DNA of 62,724 nt, counting the filler. It is 7 parts of 7 records of this genome, joined end to end, with 100 filler letters (N's around TTAATTAATTAA, not from the genome) between each part and the next. Parts side by side here need not be neighbours in the genome. Positions count along the whole stretch, not along the records: positions 48,626 to 56,417 come from SRR31147125_19630; positions 56,518 to 62,724 come from SRR31147125_19679; 5 more parts are not named here. One strand, 5' to 3'. The translations under genes were made by a program, and so were the position numbers. The notes under the pieces are model-generated. The model made no database searches. It saw nothing but the letters and a program-made list of their open reading frames with translations, and had not been told where the DNA came from. Every line of letters begins with the position of its first letter. Position 1 is the first letter of the stretch. This document shows, in pieces, positions 55,935 through 62,724 of the stretch.

Positions 55935-56417
55935 ATGAATTTTATATTTGACCTTGGTAAAGTACTGATAGGCTTTAAACCAAAGCAATTTCTTAGTGAT
56001 TTATTAAATAATCCAACGGATGAATTTAAGATCAACAAATTGATTTTTGAAAGTGAAGAATGGCTTTTGCTTGATAGGGGTATCATTACAAACCAACAAG
56101 CATGCACAGTGTTTTGCGAAAAAGAGCCAGCGTATAAAGAAATTATTATTAAAGTTATGGATAAGCTTTCCGATACACTTTGTCCACTTGAACAGAGTAT
56201 TAAGATGCTTCCTAAAATAAAGCAGCAAGGACATCGGTTATACTTCCTATCAAACTTTCATAAAGACCTTAGTGAGTTTGTTCTAAATGAATATTCTTTT
56301 TTCGAACTGTTTGACGGCGGAGTGTTTTCTTGTGATGTACATATGATAAAGCCAGATTTAAAAATATATCGTTATATTCTTGATAAATACAAGCTTGTTC
56401 CAAGCGAGTGCGTTTTT
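55935..56417 (+). CDS. HAD-IA family phosphatase (3' truncated)
   Basis: FDLGKVL, YFLSN, IKPD..IY. Confidence 0.85.
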
Positions 56418-56517
56418 NNNNNNNNNNNNNNNNNNNNNNNNNNNNNNNNNNNNNNNNNNNNTTAATTAATTAANNNNNNNNNNNNNNNNNNNNNNNNNNN
56501 NNNNNNNNNNNNNNNNN
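56418..56517. other. Artificial contig spacer
   Basis: N-run containing TTAATTAATTAA. Confidence 0.98.
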
Positions 56518-56758
56518 AAGGTCATTCGGAATATTCCGAATGACCTTCACTGTTATTTGTCATAGATATGTGCTTTATCGGATACACTTTACGAAAGAAA
56601 CTTTTTTCAAATTATTTCTTTTCGTACTCTACAATTCAAAAAGTTTTGAAATTAGAGTGTTGCCCCTTTAATAATATACTTTCCAATTTACTCTTGCTAT
56701 TATATTGAAAGCTTAAGTTTATGCCACACATAGCTATGTGTGGTATTTTTATTTTGCA
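56518..56758 (+). repeat. Structured non-coding element, copy 1 (5' truncated)
   Basis: 30-bp perfect palindrome at 56518-56547. Core 56550-56662 is about 83% identical (hand alignment) to 62575-62685. Terminator 56721-56758 is homologous to 59406-59442. Confidence 0.8.
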
Positions 56759-56766
56759 TAAACTGC

Positions 56767-59040
56767 CTAATTTAATTGAAAACCATCAAAGCTAAACATC
56801 TTTATGTCATACACATCCATCCTGTTGTTAAATACTAAAGTTGCACAGTAGTGCCAGTTGGCAATTTTATCAAGGTTGCATGAACACTCTGCACGATTAT
56901 AAAAATTATCTTTTTCCCATATAACGCTGTTGAATTGCCCATTTTCATCGAAAGTTACAAGCATACAATATGTAACTCCGTGATGCAAGTGCATATATTG
57001 ACTGTTAAAAGTTTCATAATACACCCTTTCATCGGTGTGATAATTAAATAAATATGGAACATTATCTCTGAACTTTATAAAACACCTATCTTCTTCGTTG
57101 TCGCTTTGGAACTCGAAATGGGTGTATTTTGCGTCCTTAGGATCAAACTCAATGTAAACCCCTTGCTGCTCTTTTTCGCCTCCGCAGTACTCTTTTATGG
57201 ATGTCTTTGTCCTAAAATATCCTTCGCCTTTACCTGATGTATATACGCAATAATCACTTTGCCCATTATTTTTCTGCTTAACATCCGCACCGTCATATGT
57301 ACTTATATCTAGGAAATCAAAGCCTTCCTGCTTAATTTCAACATTCGTTAAGTACACATCCATTATCTCGCTTAATGCTGCACCCTTTTCAAGTCCATAG
57401 TTTTCCTCAGGAGTACTGACTATTTCAGCCTGCATATCAGACTCTAAATCAGTATACTCCTCAAAGGCGAGAGTGATAGTTTCATATAGCTCAAATGTGT
57501 TATTTTCCTGCATGCGAAATGATAATTTCCAGTCACTGGTATCTGTAATTTTTGTTCTGCCCGACATATCACAGCTCTGATATGTACGGTTATAGTAATT
57601 ACCCTTTTCCCATAGAATTATCCTGAATACTCCTTGGTCATCAAAGGCTGCAGCCATGCAGTATGTACTGCCGTCTACCAGGTCAAACCCTGTTACAGAG
57701 TTATGAGGTGTTAAAGGTGCAGTCAGACAACTGAAATACGTATGTAAGTACTCTATATACATACCGTCTCTATTAAAGTATAAATAAATATCCTCTGCGC
57801 CACTGAATATAAACTTATGATTTTGATATTTATCAGCCTTAAACTCTGTATAGAATGCTACGTTACCAGAATTACCCGGTGTTACCTGACCTATTGTCAT
57901 ACCTCGCCAAAGTGATACATCTCCTGTATTGTCACCTGTGGTAAACGCATAATAATCATGTTCGCCGTTATTTGCTAATTCATAACTAGCTCCTATGCAG
58001 TCAAAATCAAATCTAACTGAATCCAGCGTTCCGTCATTTATTAAGTTTATACCCTCGAAGTATTTGCTCAGGATTTCATATTCCCCTGCATCAGTATCCA
58101 GTGAATAATTATACTCAAGAGAGTCTATATAGCCCTCACCAAATATATTACTATCTTGGTTATCATCATTCTGCTCATTTTCATCCCCGTGACTTTCGTC
58201 AAAGTATGTATGTTTGCTGTCTTCCAGCACCACCGGCTCTATGCTAAAGTACCTGTCCATCATGTCCGCATTACTTCGATACGCCGCTACATTGCTTTTT
58301 ATATACTGCTCAAAATCACCCTCATAAATGCCCAGCCAATCAATATGAGCAACCTCTGCATTATCCACACTCATCCAGTTTTCATCCACTGCTTCGCTAA
58401 ACATGCTTATTTCCACCGTGTCTGTCAGCCACTCTTCAGGCAGCTTTACAGAATTGTAGACGATTTTATCGTTATTTTCAGCGTCGGCTACCACTGTGCT
58501 AAGTGTGGCATCTTCCTTGCTGTAGTGTATAACCACATCCAGCCACTTATCTCCTGATAACAACGCTGTGCCTCTCAGCCAGAACCCCGTGAACCACTCG
58601 TCTGTATGAAGTTCGATATTTGGTGTTTCAGTGCAGGGCAGATAAAATCTTGCACCTTCGTTCATGCGATCCGGCCTACTGATATCTATCATATACCCTG
58701 AATACATCGTTCCCTTTGTAGTATTCTGCTTTACTCTTAAATGTATCAGCATATTGTCTTCCAGAAAATATTTTAATCCCGTTTCATGGTTTAGGATAAA
58801 CTGACCGTTCTCTATTGTGTTTTCCTCCCAGTAGCGGAACCATTCAGCATCTTCAATATCATCAAATTCAAGTTTCAGAATCTCCTGTATAGGGTCTGCC
58901 GTAGGCTGCGGCGTTGGGGTAATCTCTATAACAACTTCATCTTTTTTTAATAGGTTAATATCAAATACCTGCAATAATATTATCGCCGCAATCAATAGTA
59001 TGATTACGCCGATTAACACAAACAAAACGGACTTTTTCAT
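56767..59040 (-). CDS. Membrane-anchored acidic protein with internally repeated beta-rich domains
   Basis: N-terminal TM, TPTPQPT linker, repeats YCMAAAFDDQGVFRIILWEKGNYYNR / YCMLVTFDENGQFNSVIWEKDNFYNR. Confidence 0.85.
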   Translation of the reverse strand: MKKSVLFVLIGVIILLIAAIILLQVFDINLLKKDEVVIEITPTPQPTADPIQEILKLEFDDIEDAEWFRYWEENTIENGQFILNHETGLKYFLEDNMLIHLRVKQNTTKGTMYSGYMIDISRPDRMNEGARFYLPCTETPNIELHTDEWFTGFWLRGTALLSGDKWLDVVIHYSKEDATLSTVVADAENNDKIVYNSVKLPEEWLTDTVEISMFSEAVDENWMSVDNAEVAHIDWLGIYEGDFEQYIKSNVAAYRSNADMMDRYFSIEPVVLEDSKHTYFDESHGDENEQNDDNQDSNIFGEGYIDSLEYNYSLDTDAGEYEILSKYFEGINLINDGTLDSVRFDFDCIGASYELANNGEHDYYAFTTGDNTGDVSLWRGMTIGQVTPGNSGNVAFYTEFKADKYQNHKFIFSGAEDIYLYFNRDGMYIEYLHTYFSCLTAPLTPHNSVTGFDLVDGSTYCMAAAFDDQGVFRIILWEKGNYYNRTYQSCDMSGRTKITDTSDWKLSFRMQENNTFELYETITLAFEEYTDLESDMQAEIVSTPEENYGLEKGAALSEIMDVYLTNVEIKQEGFDFLDISTYDGADVKQKNNGQSDYCVYTSGKGEGYFRTKTSIKEYCGGEKEQQGVYIEFDPKDAKYTHFEFQSDNEEDRCFIKFRDNVPYLFNYHTDERVYYETFNSQYMHLHHGVTYCMLVTFDENGQFNSVIWEKDNFYNRAECSCNLDKIANWHYCATLVFNNRMDVYDIKMFSFDGFQLN

Positions 59041-59316
59041 ATGCTGCCTCTTCTCATATATTTACTAAGTGAATTATATCATAATAAGGAAATTGTATCA
59101 ATTATATGCAATCTCAGTTTGCACTATAAAATATCCCGTTTACCGAGGTTTATTTATGTAATATTGCGCCCTTATATGGATGAGCTAAATCAGTTTCATA
59201 TTGTTGACAATGGTTTTCGCAATCATCGTTTAACAGCCTATCCGCTGTTATCTAATGTGTACTTTTTTTGTTAAATATATTTTTACTGTGCCAAATAACG
59301 CCAAATATAGATAATC

Positions 59317-59442
59317 AATAAAAAGTGTACAGTGGAGAGCCAAGCGGTGAAGACTTGAACTTGTTAATATTTACTATTAACAAGTTGGAGTTGGATATGA
59401 AATTTATGACACACAATAATATGTGTGTCATTTTTATTTGCA
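59317..59442 (+). repeat. Structured non-coding element, short copy 2
   Basis: Shares 5' blocks (aataaaaagtg, tacagtgg.ga..caag) with copy 3 and the terminator with copy 1. Has a 12-bp hairpin at 59358-59386. Confidence 0.6.
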
Positions 59443-59510
59443 AAGAAATTCTATTATTGCTACAGTATTTAGATGAGTATATAAAAACATATATAATCAC
59501 AGGGCAATAT

Positions 59511-59840
59511 TTAACGTCTTCTTCTCTTCTTTTTCTTCGGCATAATAATATCCATAATCTCTGTATGCGAACTGTAGCCTTTGTTAATAAACTCAACCTC
59601 ACTCATCTGATGAACGATTGAAAGTTTAACAAAAATTGAACCCGGCTTGTTGTTGTAATACATCAGCTCCAGAAAACCATCAGCTTTTAATTTGTTAATA
59701 GATTCAATAAGTTCTGATTCTTTATTGTCAGCAAAGTTCTTTGCTACATCATTGAATGATGTATTTGAAGAATTATTGCTATTTTTACAGCGCTTTAATA
59801 AGTACACCAGTACTTTGTCAGCAAGTTGATATGACTGCAT
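59511..59840 (-). CDS. Small winged-helix-like protein with polybasic C-terminus
   Basis: GAGG RBS before the ATG at 59840; helix pattern ELIESINKLKADGFLEL; ends PKKKKRRRR. TTGACA-N17-TAATAT upstream at 59952-59980. Confidence 0.7.
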   Translation of the reverse strand: MQSYQLADKVLVYLLKRCKNSNNSSNTSFNDVAKNFADNKESELIESINKLKADGFLELMYYNNKPGSIFVKLSIVHQMSEVEFINKGYSSHTEIMDIIMPKKKKRRRR

Positions 59841-60019
59841 AATCACTTCCTCATTTCATAATAAAAATTATACTTAGCTTTTAATAATTCATCAATCTTT
59901 CTATAATATCAACGTTAAAAAAATTTACAAAAATTATACTGATGATTTGAAATATTACACCTAAAATTTCGCATTGTCAATCAAATTTTTTTGTTTTTAT
60001 TTTGCCTTAAAAATAAATA

Positions 60020-60047
60020 TTGACAAAATGAAAAAAAGTAATATAAT
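60020..60047 (+). promoter_or_regulatory. sigma70/sigmaA promoter
   Basis: TTGACA-N16-TATAAT, divergent from the promoter at 59952-59980. Confidence 0.75.
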
Positions 60048-60101
60048 TTCATTATCAAAATAATATTCGTGAAAAATTTCTGCAAGAATGAGGTGAAAAA
60101 A

Positions 60102-60251
60102 ATGTATGAATGTTGGCAATGCGGCGAGATATATGAAGGTAAAAAAGTTAATGGAAAAATAAAGGTATATGATGAATATGAAGATGAGTTTGTATCCTCT
60201 TGTCCTAATTGCGGTAGTAATGAATTTATGAAATATGAAGAAGAATACTGA
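60102..60251 (+). CDS. 49-aa Zn-ribbon protein with acidic tail (ends KYEEEY)
   Basis: GAGGTG RBS; CWQCG...CPNCGS. Confidence 0.8.
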   Translation: MYECWQCGEIYEGKKVNGKIKVYDEYEDEFVSSCPNCGSNEFMKYEEEY

Positions 60252-60413
60252 CAAGTTTTATTTCTTTTATTTATATATATTCATTCATTACCGTGATAAG
60301 AAAGACTTCTTTAATAACTTGAAAACAGGGGTCTTTTTTAAAAATCAGAATTAGAGTTAATTCTAATAAATTTCTATAATCTATAATACAAAATAAGAAT
60401 ATTGGTGAACATT

Positions 60414-61856
60414 ATGAAAATAATTTTTGGACAGCCAGCTAAGAAGATCCACCCGGATAACTTCGTTCTTGAACAGCATTATTATAACAAAGTAGTAAAC
60501 TCTCAAATCCATAAAGATGTTAGTTTCTTTTTTAACATGGGGAAAAACAGAATAATCGAAAGATACTGTCACCTCAATCCACTTATAGACAAACAATTTC
60601 TAAATAACTTATTAAATTATAAAGCCAAATACATTAATTGGTCAGGTACTGACTTGTTCCATGTTACCACTGAAAAAGGTAATAAAAGAATGGTTGTTAT
60701 TGAGACGAATTCATGCCCATCAGGCCAAAAATCAATGCCCCTTTTAAATGACTACAACGAAATGGGTGGATACGAACGCTTAATCAAAGAATCTTTTTTG
60801 CCTTATGTGCGAGAAAAAAGGATGATTAAAGGTGTTTATGCTGTTATTTATGATAAAAATGAAATGGAAGCTTCAGGTTATGCCAGTGCACTATCAAACA
60901 TTCTTAATCAGAATGTATATTTAGTTCAGTATTTTAATAATGATAATAATCCCAGTGTACGATTTAGAAACGATATTATGGAAATAAGAAATGAGCAAGA
61001 TGAATGGCTCCCTGTTTGTGCAGCATTTAGATATGTTACACAAAAACCTTGGAATAGAATACCAGTTAAATGCAAAACCATTATTTATAATCCTATAATT
61101 GCATGTCTTGCTGGCGGTAGAAATAAGCGTACTGCTTCTAAAGCTTATGATCTATTTAATGGTGAGTTAAAACCTTATGGACTAAAAATTCAGATACCTG
61201 AAACGATACAGGACGTAAAAATCCATGAAATTCCGTTGTGGATTGAAAGGTTTGGTTACCAAGCTGTAATTAAAAACCCGTATAGTAATGCAGGGCAAGG
61301 TGTTTATACCGTAACAAACAAAAGAGAATTAGATGATTTTATGAGTATTGAACACTCATATGATGATTTTATAATCCAAAGTTTGATTGGAAATTATCAG
61401 TGGAGCTCAACTAGCAGTGAAGGCAAATTTTATCATGTTGGTATGATACCAAACAAAAAAAATGAAATATTTGTCGCTGACCTTAGAATGATGATAGCAT
61501 CCACTAATAATGGATATAAACCTATAGCTATGTATGCCAGAAAGACTGCTGCGCCACTAAAAAATAATCTGACAGAAAATGATGATTCTTGGGAAATGCT
61601 TGGAACTAACTTATCTGTTAAGTTAGAAGATGGCTGGGGTAGTCAAATTGATAGATTAAAACTTATGGATAGGAAGGATTTTACTCTACTTGGACTAAGT
61701 TTAGATAATCTAATTGAAGGATATATCCAATCTGTGATGTCAACAATGGCTATAGATAAATTATCTGGACAGTTATTAACATCAAAAGGCCAGCTAAGAA
61801 AAAAATTGTTTAAAGCAATAAATGGTGACGAGATATTCAATAGTGAAATCATTTGA
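60414..61856 (+). CDS. Circularly permuted ATP-grasp-like putative peptide/amine ligase
   Basis: N-terminal IETNSCPSG (ExN motif), then VIKNPYSNAGQGV, IIQSLI, ADLRMMI and GTNLS in circularly permuted order. Alternative TTG start at 60402. Confidence 0.7.
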   Translation: MKIIFGQPAKKIHPDNFVLEQHYYNKVVNSQIHKDVSFFFNMGKNRIIERYCHLNPLIDKQFLNNLLNYKAKYINWSGTDLFHVTTEKGNKRMVVIETNSCPSGQKSMPLLNDYNEMGGYERLIKESFLPYVREKRMIKGVYAVIYDKNEMEASGYASALSNILNQNVYLVQYFNNDNNPSVRFRNDIMEIRNEQDEWLPVCAAFRYVTQKPWNRIPVKCKTIIYNPIIACLAGGRNKRTASKAYDLFNGELKPYGLKIQIPETIQDVKIHEIPLWIERFGYQAVIKNPYSNAGQGVYTVTNKRELDDFMSIEHSYDDFIIQSLIGNYQWSSTSSEGKFYHVGMIPNKKNEIFVADLRMMIASTNNGYKPIAMYARKTAAPLKNNLTENDDSWEMLGTNLSVKLEDGWGSQIDRLKLMDRKDFTLLGLSLDNLIEGYIQSVMSTMAIDKLSGQLLTSKGQLRKKLFKAINGDEIFNSEII

Positions 61857-62026
61857 TATTTCATCAACGAAATAGACTTTATCTTTGCAGTTATCGAATA
61901 TTTTTTATACTTCAAATGGTTCCGTTATTTACAGGCATAACAATTTTTTGTATCCTAAAATAATTGTTTATTAACAATTATTTCGGATTATAAATACCAT
62001 AATCTATATTAAAAAGGAGGAGTGGG

Positions 62027-62248
62027 ATGTATACATTTAGTGTTCAAGAGCAAGATGTTCTTATCAAAGCAATTGATGAATATTCATCCTGGTATAAGCT
62101 AACTAATCCAGAGTTTTTTGAAAATCTTAAATCATGCATCAGACAAGGAGATTTTTTAAGATTGGGTTACAAGGAAGTAATGTTTATTGCATCAATAAGC
62201 AAAAAACACTCAGATTATCAAGATAAAATATATAGTAGAAAGTATTAA
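62027..62248 (+). CDS. Hypothetical 73-aa protein
   Basis: Strong AAGGAGG RBS; co-oriented with the neighbouring genes. Confidence 0.7.
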   Translation: MYTFSVQEQDVLIKAIDEYSSWYKLTNPEFFENLKSCIRQGDFLRLGYKEVMFIASISKKHSDYQDKIYSRKY

Positions 62249-62307
62249 ATATACTTGTTATTGTTATAAATCTTAGATAATCAAAATTATTTTTAAGGAG
62301 GATTCGT

Positions 62308-62436
62308 ATGTTTTGTTGTAACGATTGCGGCGAGTTTTTTGATATTACTAAAAGACAAAAGCTTGTTTGCCCAAATTGCGGCAGTGTTAATGTTTATGAT
62401 GAAGAAGATGAATACTATTATGATGACGAAGATTAA
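62308..62436 (+). CDS. 42-aa Zn-ribbon protein with acidic/Tyr tail (not in the ORF track)
   Basis: AAGGAGG RBS; MFCCNDCGEFFDITKRQKLVCPNCGSVNVYDEEDEYYYDDED*. Confidence 0.8.
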   Translation: MFCCNDCGEFFDITKRQKLVCPNCGSVNVYDEEDEYYYDDED

Positions 62437-62502
62437 TCCGGATATAATCTAAACAAATTATATATTCTTTCTGTACAATATTTAAGATTGCAAAAAATGA
62501 CG

Positions 62503-62724
62503 AATAAAAAGTGCGGATGGCACATACAGTGGGGAAACAAGAGAACCTGTATTAGTTATCTAATGCAGGTTCTTCTGTTATCTATCATAGATACATACTA
62601 TGTGGATACACTTTACGAAAGAAATTTTTTCACAGTATTTCTTTGCGAACTATACAATTCAAAAAATCTTAAAAGTAAAGTGTTGACTCATTTGTAGGGG
62701 CTTGTTGAGTAATAATATTATTCA
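62503..62724 (+). repeat. Structured non-coding element, copy 3 (runs to the window end)
   Basis: 5' blocks shared with copy 2, a 14-bp hairpin at 62542-62573, and core 62575-62685 shared with copy 1. Confidence 0.8.

Noticed and set aside
10039-56517. Six identical TTAATTAATTAA motifs embedded in N-runs
   Set aside because: Artificial all-frame-stop scaffold linker. Gene adjacency across these spacers has no biological meaning.
59330-59400. c-di-GMP-II, glycine riboswitch or T-box resemblance (GGAGAG, GTGAAG...TGGAGTT)
   Set aside because: Lacks the GCAC/GTGC pseudoknot, the CCGAAG core and the GGTGG-ACC T-box antiterminator, and there is no co-oriented downstream gene.
59041-59621. ORFs 59041-59274, 59315-59602 and 59325-59621
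   Set aside because: No RBS, composition typical of AT-rich intergenic DNA, and overlap with hairpins or the real minus-strand gene.
60102-62436. Calling the module lysW/lysX
   Set aside because: No EDWGE terminus, the enzyme has circularly permuted motif order and is much larger than LysX/RimK, and no lys/arg pathway genes are nearby.
56550-62685. Repeats as a CRISPR array, integron attC sites or group II intron fragments
   Set aside because: No regular repeat-spacer period, no RYYYAAC/GTTRRRY ends, no domain V motif, and no cas, integrase or RT gene visible.
62488-62697. 69-aa ORF across repeat copy 3
   Set aside because: No RBS, and the frame is broken by single-base indels in copy 1, so the conservation is non-coding.

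Overview
The window is not one locus. It is seven unrelated metagenomic contigs joined by 100-nt N-spacers that carry a TTAATTAATTAA linker, and many genes are split by single-base indels, mostly in homopolymers and most likely sequencing errors. A (1-10038, AT-rich Gram-negative): TonB-dependent receptor preceded by a His-rich ORF ending in RAPP, RND pump plus adaptor, HEAT-repeat gene with a sigma54 promoter, and a Mn/Zn permease-DtxR fusion. B (10139-16743, deltaproteobacterial-like): fliK-flgD-flgE-fliL-fliM-fliN-fliO-fliP. C (16844-24909): substrate-binding protein, Cache-HAMP-PP2C phosphatase, GH116, hrpB and a 4Fe-4S protein. D (25010-30358): cdsA, uppS, ptsI and citrate synthase. E (30459-48525): TonB receptor, DPP III, pepF, glgB, beta-barrel, macro domain, MscS, PspC/LiaF-like pair, pcm, NUDIX, amidase and USP. 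F (48626-56417, Clostridia-like): LRR-Roc-COR, arsC, GNAT, two HADs, MalY/PatB and cls. G (56518-62724, Clostridia-like accessory region): repeat-domain membrane protein, wHTH-like ORF, a circularly permuted ATP-grasp enzyme between two tiny Zn-ribbon proteins with acidic/Tyr tails, and three related structured non-coding elements. Best leads: (1) the ATP-grasp plus acidic-tailed Zn-ribbon module, (2) the modular repeated ncRNA-like element in contig G, (3) the His-rich RAPP arrest-peptide candidate upstream of the TonB receptor. Taxonomic labels are impressions from composition and gene content only.
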